Positions 25,375 to 32,000 of a stretch of 32,000 nucleotides of DNA are shown here, piece by piece. The stretch's first letter is position 1. Each line of letters starts with the position of its first letter. The notes under the pieces are model-generated. The model saw only the letters and a list, made by a program, of their open reading frames with translations, made no database searches and was not told where the DNA came from. The stretch comes from Acaryochloris marina MBIC11017 (GTDB taxonomy: Bacteria > Cyanobacteriota > Cyanobacteriia > Thermosynechococcales > Thermosynechococcaceae). The stretch covers positions 2,700,001 through 2,732,000 of the forward strand of contig NC_009925.1 in the NCBI RefSeq assembly GCF_000018105.1, read 5' to 3'. The position numbers and the translations under genes are program-made.

Positions 25375-26334
25375 TTGTCCATGGTTTGCGATCGCATCAT
25401 CACCCATCCCAATGTTCTTAATGGGGCCCAACTCTACTGGCCCATCCCCAATGCTTGGTATGTCGAAGGCTATGGGTTAGATCAATTTGCCGCTGGACAA
25501 TGGGGGCTACGACCGGTCCACCAAAACCACATTGGCGTCGTTCTCGACCAAGCCATTGAACCTGAGTTACGCCTGCGGCACTTGCAGGCCATTGATGCTG
25601 CCCGCGCGACATTAGGGATAAGCATCACAGATGTTTATGTGACGGATACACCTTTAGGAGTCACCCTTAAAACCGCTGATTCTGGAGCCACCTGGGGCAC
25701 GCTGGATCAACCTGATAGCTTGCTGCGGGCCGTCGAACATCTGATCAATGATCGTAGCATTAGTGCGATCGCAGTCGTGGCCCGGTTCCCTGATGACTTA
25801 GATAGCGACATGCTTCAAGCCTATCGCCAAGGCCAAGGGGTCGATGCTTTAGCCGGTGCTGAGGCAGTCATTAGCCATCTAGTCGTCCAGCAGTTTCAAA
25901 TCCCCTGTGCCCATGCCCCTGCCCTCTCCCCCTTACCACTAGATCCACACTTAAATCCACGGGCCGCAGCCGAAGAATTGGGCTACACCTTTTTACCCTC
26001 CGTTTTAGTCGGTTTATCGCGAGCCCCTCAGTTTATTCAAGGCTCCGCTCAGCCCACCGATCTCTGGCAGGATCAAGTCGATGCAGTAGTTGTCCCAGCC
26101 AGCGCCTGCGGTAGTGGTGCCATCCTCAGTTTGAACGCTACCCCAGCCCACATCATTACGGTGATGGACAATACCACCACCATGCATGCAACAGCTCAGA
26201 GCTTAGGTATTGAGAGTATCCCTGTACAGTCCTATGCCGAAGCCGTGGGTATACTTGCAGCTTTCAAAGCAGGGGTTGATGTAAACACATTACGTCCAGA
26301 TATTCCCTCCTTGATCCCTCGGGACATGCTTTAA
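25375..26334 (+). CDS. DUF3326-like protein; conserved N-terminus lies upstream of the first canonical start
   Basis: 319 aa from TTG 25375. The same frame is open back to 25237 and encodes FTVVLLIPTGIGAAIGGYAGDAIPVVRTLS, which looks like genuine protein. No ATG, GTG, TTG or CTG is available there. Confidence 0.8.
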   Translation: MSMVCDRIITHPNVLNGAQLYWPIPNAWYVEGYGLDQFAAGQWGLRPVHQNHIGVVLDQAIEPELRLRHLQAIDAARATLGISITDVYVTDTPLGVTLKTADSGATWGTLDQPDSLLRAVEHLINDRSISAIAVVARFPDDLDSDMLQAYRQGQGVDALAGAEAVISHLVVQQFQIPCAHAPALSPLPLDPHLNPRAAAEELGYTFLPSVLVGLSRAPQFIQGSAQPTDLWQDQVDAVVVPASACGSGAILSLNATPAHIITVMDNTTTMHATAQSLGIESIPVQSYAEAVGILAAFKAGVDVNTLRPDIPSLIPRDML

Positions 26335-26413
26335 TCTGCGACTCCCCCCACACGATGCGGTCTTTCGCATTAACTGATAGGTTATAGAGGTATTTGCAAC
26401 TTTTGATATCTCT

Positions 26414-27019
26414 GTGGTTGATCGCCCTAATCAGCAGCCTGAACTAGAGTCCCTAACCCGCACGCAAGTCTTGATTGCCATGGGGGTAACAGCATTGCTG
26501 TTACTATTTCTGGCTAAGGTTTTCCAATATTTTGGTAATTTTGCAACCTTGCCCATGACGTGGCAATCGCAACAGGCTGTTTTGGGTATCGGTATTGGCT
26601 TCGGGATTACAGCTGCGAGTGCTGTTATCTATCAGTTATGGCCCCAGTATCGGCTCTCTGCATCCTTATATTTGCAGCTCGTTATTCAGCCCCTCGTCTG
26701 GACCGACTTAATCTGGTTAGGGCTGTTACCGGGTTTAAGTGAAGAATTATTATTTCGAGGTGTGATCTTCCCAATGGTAGGCCTGAACTGGGTGGGTCTC
26801 ATTTTATCGAGCATCGTTTTTGGGGTCCTACATCTGAATAGTCCCCAGCAATGGTCCTATGTAGTTTGGGTGACCGTCGTTGGCTTTGTACTCGGTTATA
26901 GCGCTTGGAGTACAGGCAATTTGCTAGTGCCTGTCATTGCCCATATCACCACCAATATCATTACGGGAGTGTCGTGGAAAATCACTCATCCTCCCCAGCA
27001 TCCCTTGGGCAAAACCTAG
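26414..27019 (+). CDS. CPBP (CAAX/Abi) family intramembrane glutamic endopeptidase
   Basis: 201 aa with a GTG start. Multi-TM protein with motif 1 SEELLFRGVIFP, FGVLH, and AHITTN. Confidence 0.85.
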   Translation: MVDRPNQQPELESLTRTQVLIAMGVTALLLLFLAKVFQYFGNFATLPMTWQSQQAVLGIGIGFGITAASAVIYQLWPQYRLSASLYLQLVIQPLVWTDLIWLGLLPGLSEELLFRGVIFPMVGLNWVGLILSSIVFGVLHLNSPQQWSYVVWVTVVGFVLGYSAWSTGNLLVPVIAHITTNIITGVSWKITHPPQHPLGKT

Positions 27020-27020
27020 C

Positions 27021-27656
27021 CTAAGACGAGAACAAAGATGTTTGTGACGATGCACTGAAATAAACGTCTTGAATATCCTGAGGCAATGCAGCTTGCAATG
27101 CTTGATAGGCTTCCTGTCGATATTGGTTGATATCTTCAGGCGTAATATCTTGCCCTTCTGCCTGCAAAACCGCCTCAATCCGAGGGTCTTGCCAACGAAA
27201 GGTTTGGGACAGAACTAAAATCAACCTTGGTAAGGGCGGCACGTGATCCAAAGCGATTTGGATATAGCACCATAGGGGTGGAGGCGCGGTTGACAAGGTG
27301 TATTGAATCGTTTCAACCGCAGGGAGCTGATCTTCCGTAATACAGGCAGCAACCTTATTGGTAATCCATGCCTGCAATGAAACACTGGGTCCCCCTGTCT
27401 CCATCACCAAATGATTGAGCTCATAGAAGATATTGCGCCACACTCTGGCATATAGATAATCAACTTGGAGATGCGATCTTGCCATATTGCGCAGGAGAGC
27501 ATAAGACATCGCGCCAAACCGACAAAAAAGAGCGATGAAGTATTTGCCCTCATCAGGATATTGCTGAAACCCTTGCACTAGCTCTTGGTCGCTGTAATTT
27601 TGCAACGACAGCACCAACGGATGATTGGATTCTGGGAAGTCTGGCAGTTTCATCAT
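27021..27656 (-). CDS. divergent sigma-70/ECF-like protein
   Basis: 211 aa. Region-2-like SDQELVQGFQ...YFIALFCRFGAMSYALL and region-4-like LPRLILVLSQTFRWQDPRIEAVLQAEGQDITPEDINQYRQEAYQAL. The assignment is tentative. Confidence 0.5.
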   Translation of the reverse strand: MMKLPDFPESNHPLVLSLQNYSDQELVQGFQQYPDEGKYFIALFCRFGAMSYALLRNMARSHLQVDYLYARVWRNIFYELNHLVMETGGPSVSLQAWITNKVAACITEDQLPAVETIQYTLSTAPPPLWCYIQIALDHVPPLPRLILVLSQTFRWQDPRIEAVLQAEGQDITPEDINQYRQEAYQALQAALPQDIQDVYFSASSQTSLFSS

Positions 27657-27846
27657 GGATATTCCATATTTCCTCAGTCTGGCGTGAGAAATTGAATCTC
27701 AAAATTATAAAGCTCAACTGATACCCAAGTGATTTAAATGGTGGAGGAAGCTAGCTCATTGATAAACTTCGACAAAAATATCACAATCTAGACCCGAGAA
27801 CCCTGCTGTCATCAATGAGATCTGTTATGATCAGTTTTGCTCACCC

Positions 27847-27935
27847 GGAGAGGTGGCTGAGTGGTCGAAAGCGGCAGATTGCTAATCTGTTGTACGGTGA
27901 ACTCCGTACCGAGGGTTCGAATCCCTCCCTCTCCG
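27847..27935 (+). tRNA. tRNA-Ser (anticodon GCU)
   Basis: GGAGAGGTGGCTGAGTGGTCGAAAGCGGCAGATTGCTAATCTGTTGTACGGTGAACTCCGTACCGAGGGTTCGAATCCCTCCCTCTCCG. It has a long variable arm, anticodon loop TTGCTAA and a GGTTCGAATCC T-arm. Confidence 0.9.
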
Positions 27936-27966
27936 TTTTCTACAGCCTTTTGTTGGAGTCAATTTC

Positions 27967-28203
27967 ATGGGCAAAAAATGCCAATTAACGGGAAAAAAAG
28001 CAAATAATGCGTTTGCAGTTTCCCATTCCCACCGCCGAACCCACAAGTTGCAAGAAGCAAACTTGCAGTGGAAGAGGGTTTGGTGGCCCCAAGAAAAGCG
28101 CTGGGTCAAGCTCCGACTATCCACTAAAGCGATTAAGACTCTTGAGAAAAAAGGTCTAGCTGCTTTCGCTCGCGAAGCTGGGATTAACCTTAACCAGGTT
28201 TAG
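27967..28203 (+). CDS. rpmB: 50S ribosomal protein L28
   Basis: 78 aa, [34 protein letters not shown]..., a classic L28 sequence. Confidence 0.95.
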   Translation: MGKKCQLTGKKANNAFAVSHSHRRTHKLQEANLQWKRVWWPQEKRWVKLRLSTKAIKTLEKKGLAAFAREAGINLNQV

Positions 28204-28763
28204 TGGATCGATATTTTTTAGCTCTCCTTCCTCCTGAAGATATTCAGGAGGAAGTTTGCTGTATACAACAAAAATTTGCAGAACAGTATCAAAGTTGCAA
28301 AGCACTCAATTCTCCACCTCACATCACGCTGCAACCTCCGTTTGACTGGCCACCCGATGCGAGCACTGCTCATCCACCCATTACAGCTTTAATCCAAGGG
28401 CTAACGGCATGGGCTCACTCTCTCCAACCATGGCCCGTTCAACTCTCGGGGTTTAATGTTTTTGAGCCCCGCGTTATTTATATCCATGTGCAGCCCACAC
28501 CAGCTTTACTCGCCTTACAGACCCAGCTGCAACACTATTGTGCAACGGTTTGGGATATCAGAGACACTCGATTGCAGTCTCGATCGTTCATTCCTCATAT
28601 GACCGTGGCTTTTCGCGATTTAACACGGGCTAATTTCTATGCATCATGGCCTCACTTCCAAGATCGCCCGTTTGAGCATCACTTTATCGCCTCCTGCTTA
28701 ACCCTGCTTAAACACAATGGTCAACGCTGGGAGACATTTTCTCAAGCCATCTTTGGCGCTTAA
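28203..28763 (+). CDS. 2H phosphoesterase superfamily protein (LigT / 2'-5' RNA ligase-like)
   Basis: 186 aa with two H-x-T-x motifs (PPHITLQ and IPHMTVA). The GTG start overlaps the rpmB TAG stop by 1 nt. Confidence 0.8.
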   Translation: MDRYFLALLPPEDIQEEVCCIQQKFAEQYQSCKALNSPPHITLQPPFDWPPDASTAHPPITALIQGLTAWAHSLQPWPVQLSGFNVFEPRVIYIHVQPTPALLALQTQLQHYCATVWDIRDTRLQSRSFIPHMTVAFRDLTRANFYASWPHFQDRPFEHHFIASCLTLLKHNGQRWETFSQAIFGA

Positions 28764-28835
28764 TGTTCTCCCCCTCCGACTTAAAATCCCTTGGTATCCT
28801 TAAGACATCTAGATCTTCCTGGGAAGGGTGACTGC

Positions 28836-30029
28836 ATGACTGAACATCAGCCAACAATTTGTATTTTAGGAGGTGGCTTTGGCGGTCTCTATACAGCTCT
28901 TCGCTTAAGTCAACTGCCATGGGATGAACAACAACCACTCATATATCTAGTGGATCAAAATGATCATTTTTTGTTTTCGCCATTACTTTATGAACTGGTT
29001 ACAGGAGAACTACAGTCTTGGGAAATTGCTCCGCCTTACAGCGAGCTTTTAGCCAATACTGAGGTGCGTTTTATTCAAAGTGCTGTTAAAGAGATTGATG
29101 TTGCCCAACAGCAGGTTACCTTATCTGATCAGTCCATCTCTTACGATCGCTTGGTACTAGCCCTGGGTGGAGAAACGCCCCTGCACCAAGTTCCTGGATC
29201 GGCGGAATATGCGTTGCCGTTTCGGACTGTGCAAGACGCCTATCGCCTTGAAGATCGATTACGAACCTTAGAAACCTCCGCAGCACCAAAAATTCGCGTG
29301 GCGGTAGTGGGAGCAGGCCCTAGTGGGGTAGAACTCGCCTGTAAGCTAGCGGATCGCTTAGGTGATCGCGGTCGGATACGGCTGATCGAACGCAATAATC
29401 AAATTCTCAAATCAGCGCCTGAATTTAATCAAACCGCCGCTCAAAAAGCTCTAGAGAAACGGCAAGTGTGGACTGATCTAGAGACGAGTATTGAGTCCCT
29501 AGACTCCCATGAAATGACCCTGAGCTATAAGGATAAAACCGATACGCTGCCCGTAGACTTGGTATTGTGGACGGTGGGCACTGCGATCGCAGCACCGATT
29601 CAAGCCTTACCACTCCCTCAAAATGACCTCGGCCAACTCTTGACTGACTCCACCCTGCAAGTCCAAGACTCACCCCATATTTTTGCCTTGGGCGACTTAG
29701 CAGATTGTCGAGATCCGCAAGGCAATCCAAATCCTAAAACCGCTCAAGTGGCTATCCAGCAAGCAGATTGTGTGGGGTGGAACCTTTGGGCTTCCTTAAC
29801 CCAACGGCCATTGCTGCCGTTTCATTACACCCATCTGGGAGAAATGCTGACCTTAGGAGAAGACTCAGCTGCCATGTCTGGGCTGGGATTACAGCTCGAT
29901 GGCCCTCTAGCCTTTATGGCTCGGCGTTTGATCTATCTCTACCGCATGCCCACCCTCGATCATCAGCTTAAAATTGGGTTTAATTGGATGTTCAAACCTG
30001 TTTTATCCGCACTCAACACAGCTAAATAG
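28836..30029 (+). CDS. type II NADH dehydrogenase (NDH-2) family FAD oxidoreductase
   Basis: Dinucleotide-binding motifs ICILGGGFGGLY and VAVVGAGPSGVELA. The ATG at 28836 (MTEHQP) is preferred over the longer track ORF starting at 28791. Confidence 0.9.
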   Translation: MTEHQPTICILGGGFGGLYTALRLSQLPWDEQQPLIYLVDQNDHFLFSPLLYELVTGELQSWEIAPPYSELLANTEVRFIQSAVKEIDVAQQQVTLSDQSISYDRLVLALGGETPLHQVPGSAEYALPFRTVQDAYRLEDRLRTLETSAAPKIRVAVVGAGPSGVELACKLADRLGDRGRIRLIERNNQILKSAPEFNQTAAQKALEKRQVWTDLETSIESLDSHEMTLSYKDKTDTLPVDLVLWTVGTAIAAPIQALPLPQNDLGQLLTDSTLQVQDSPHIFALGDLADCRDPQGNPNPKTAQVAIQQADCVGWNLWASLTQRPLLPFHYTHLGEMLTLGEDSAAMSGLGLQLDGPLAFMARRLIYLYRMPTLDHQLKIGFNWMFKPVLSALNTAK

Positions 30030-30158
30030 AAGCCATCCAGTAAGTCTCTACAAGCAAGACCGGGAAGCAAATAAGAACCGTTCTTAGTTTGCGGTATAGT
30101 GATTGGGGTGTAACTGGATTTATACCGTAGATACACTCATTTTTTTGCACGCAGTCGA

Positions 30159-30194
30159 TTGATCTTTGCAAATTCTGATATCTACAAAGATCAA
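30159..30194. promoter_or_regulatory. perfect 10-bp inverted repeat TTGATCTTTG-N16-CAAAGATCAA just upstream of the peroxiredoxin RBS
   Basis: Arms at 30159-30168 and 30185-30194. The SD AGGAG is at 30204-30208 and the ATG at 30218. It could be an operator or a 5'-UTR stem-loop. Confidence 0.4.
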
Positions 30195-30217
30195 CATCCT
30201 ATAGGAGTAATTTGGTT

Positions 30218-30826
30218 ATGTCGCAACACGAAGCACATGAATGTTTAAGAGTCGGCCAAGCCGCACCTGACTTTACAGCAACGGCTGTTTACGACCAAGA
30301 ATTTAGTGAAGTCAAACTCTCCAATTATCGGGGCAAGTACGTCGTCATCTTTTTCTATCCGCTTGATTTCACCTTCGTGTGTCCTACTGAAATTACGGCG
30401 TTTAGCGATCGCTATGATGCTTTTAAAGACTTAAATACTGAAGTTCTCGGTATTTCTGTAGACAGCGAATTCTCCCACCTAGCTTGGACCCAGACCGATC
30501 GCAAATCTGGAGGAGTCGGCGATCTCAACTACCCCTTGGTTTCGGACATTAAAAAAGAAATTAGCACTGCCTATAACGTTCTAGATCCAGATGCTGGTGT
30601 TGCCTTAAGAGGTCTCTTTATCATCGATAAAGAAGGCGTTGTCCAACATGCCACCATTAACAACCTTGCCTTTGGCCGCAATGTTGATGAAACCTTGCGC
30701 ACCTTACAGGCAATTCAACATGTTCAGTCTCATCCGGATGAGGTTTGTCCCGCAGGCTGGCAGCCAGGAGACAAGACCATGAACCCTGATCCAGTCAAAT
30801 CCAAGGTTTACTTCGAATCTGTCTAA
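30218..30826 (+). CDS. typical 2-Cys peroxiredoxin
   Basis: Peroxidatic Cys in [10 protein letters not shown] and resolving Cys in EVCPAGW. ATG at 30218 has a good SD (the track ORF starts at TTG 30212). Confidence 0.95.
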   Translation: MSQHEAHECLRVGQAAPDFTATAVYDQEFSEVKLSNYRGKYVVIFFYPLDFTFVCPTEITAFSDRYDAFKDLNTEVLGISVDSEFSHLAWTQTDRKSGGVGDLNYPLVSDIKKEISTAYNVLDPDAGVALRGLFIIDKEGVVQHATINNLAFGRNVDETLRTLQAIQHVQSHPDEVCPAGWQPGDKTMNPDPVKSKVYFESV

Positions 30827-30855
30827 AGATTTAGACAGATTCGTGTTGCCTGATC

Positions 30856-30892
30856 GCCCTCAAATACACAAGCTCCATGAGTATTTGAGGGC
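30856..30892. terminator. bidirectional stem-loop between the convergent peroxiredoxin and GT2 genes
   Basis: GCCCTCAAATAC-N13-GTATTTGAGGGC forms a perfect 12-bp stem. The flanks are only modestly T/A-rich. Confidence 0.55.
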
Positions 30893-30985
30893 TATGTTAT
30901 TGGCACTTCCCAGATCCTATACACTCTGGCTTTGGCACGATTATTGATCCGTTTCAACCGCTAGATATGAGGGTTACCCGACGCT

Positions 30986-31990
30986 TCAATTCTCAGAATT
31001 GGATGCTTGGACAACTTCTCTAACCCGGTAGATGGGACGGCTTTGGGACTCATGGTAGGTTCGCATCAGCAGTTCAGCCAGGAGCCCGATGGAAAAAAGT
31101 TGAATTCCAGTCAATAGCAACACAGCAGATAAGATCAGCAAGGGACGATCTGCAATTCCTTCGTTGAGGCCGTACTTTAAAAATACTAAGTAGCCGCCTG
31201 TTAATACTCCTAACCCAGTAAAGGTAATCCCCAACAGTCCAAAGACATGCATAGGACGGGTTAAAAAGGTTTTCATAAAAGAGACGGTTAGCAAATCCAT
31301 GACGACCCGAAAGGTCCGATCCAGGCCATACTTACTTTGGCCAAATTGACGAGCATGATGGCGTACAGGCAGCTCTGCAATTCTGGCACCTTCAATAAAA
31401 GCTAATGCTGGTAAAAATCGGTGTAATTCTCCATACAGGTTCATATCAGCAATCAGCTCTGCTCGATAAGCCTTCAGAGAACAACCATAGTCGTTCAGCT
31501 TAACCCCTGTAATCCACCCAATCACCAAGTTAGCAATCTTAGATGGGAGCAGGCGCGTCAATGCGGCATCTTGTCGCTCTTTCCGCCAACCACTGACTAA
31601 ATCAAAGCCTTCACTCATTTTGGCCAGCAGTAGCGGAATATCGGCTGGCTCATTTTGCAAGTCACCATCCAGGGTGACAAAAATCTTACCTTGGGCATGG
31701 TTGAACCCTGCGGACATAGCCGCCGTTTGTCCATAATTTCGGCGCAACACAACTCCCCGTAGCTGGGGGTATAGATCCACCTGTTTCCTTAACAACTCGG
31801 TCGTACCATCCACCGAGCCATCATCGACACAAATGATTTCGTAGGATACATGCGTTTCATCCAGGGTATCTGAAATCCTACGAATGAGATGCTCCAGGCT
31901 TTCGACCTCATTATAGATGGGTATAATGACCGAGATTTCGGGCTGAGTGATCTTGGCTTTTTGGTCTTGCATTAGCATGGGTAATTTCAT
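30986..31990 (-). CDS. family 2 glycosyltransferase (polyprenyl-phosphate glycosyltransferase, GtrB/ArnC/DPM1-like) with C-terminal TM helices
   Basis: 334 aa with ISVIIPIYNE, VDDGSVDGT, DGDLQN (DxD), and two C-terminal hydrophobic helices. Confidence 0.9.
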   Translation of the reverse strand: MKLPMLMQDQKAKITQPEISVIIPIYNEVESLEHLIRRISDTLDETHVSYEIICVDDGSVDGTTELLRKQVDLYPQLRGVVLRRNYGQTAAMSAGFNHAQGKIFVTLDGDLQNEPADIPLLLAKMSEGFDLVSGWRKERQDAALTRLLPSKIANLVIGWITGVKLNDYGCSLKAYRAELIADMNLYGELHRFLPALAFIEGARIAELPVRHHARQFGQSKYGLDRTFRVVMDLLTVSFMKTFLTRPMHVFGLLGITFTGLGVLTGGYLVFLKYGLNEGIADRPLLILSAVLLLTGIQLFSIGLLAELLMRTYHESQSRPIYRVREVVQASNSEN

Positions 31991-32000
31991 CTCACTCGCT

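Noticed and set aside
25128-25421. 97-aa ORF overlapping the small acidic ORF and the DUF3326-like N-terminus.
   Set aside because: It is out of frame with both. The DUF3326 frame carries the conserved-looking Gly-rich segment.
27882-28124. 80-aa minus-strand ORF.
   Set aside because: It runs antisense across tRNA-Ser and the unmistakable rpmB gene.

Overview
This window reads as a cyanobacterial chromosome segment. The HIP1 octamer GCGATCGC recurs in the flanks. Gene content includes a 2-Cys peroxiredoxin, NDH-2, a plant-type ferredoxin, DUF3326, L28 and a CPBP protease. It has three parts. (i) 1-3.75 kb holds redox and sulfur genes: GST, a ChrR-like bicupin, and an exported tandem rhodanese followed by a class I cysteine desulfurase. 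(ii) About 3.8-15.7 kb is a decayed, IS-riddled accessory island that ends at tRNA-Thr(UGU). It carries three different IS630-family elements with TA duplications, two frameshifted TetR genes, a LysR gene, two NmrA-like genes, a receiver-domain remnant split by an IS, and a GC-richer TetR/dienelactone-hydrolase-like/SDR cassette. It has no HIP1 site and no integrase. (iii) 15.9-32 kb looks like core genome. It holds a tightly coupled SWIM zinc-finger plus DUF5691-like pair, a 0.8-kb AT-rich ORF-free gap, a degenerate-EAL::WecB/TagA glycosyltransferase fusion, a TerB-like protein, an M23 peptidase, an FHA protein, two ferredoxins, DUF3326, a CPBP protease, a sigma-70-like protein, tRNA-Ser(GCU)-rpmB-2H phosphoesterase, NDH-2, a peroxiredoxin and a GT2 glycosyltransferase. 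I saw no rRNA, CRISPR array, reverse transcriptase or recognisable classical defence genes. The best candidates for something undescribed are the stand-alone SWIM/DUF5691-like pair and the EAL-receptor::GT26 fusion behind its long structured leader. Both are inferences from motifs I read by eye, and no database search was possible.
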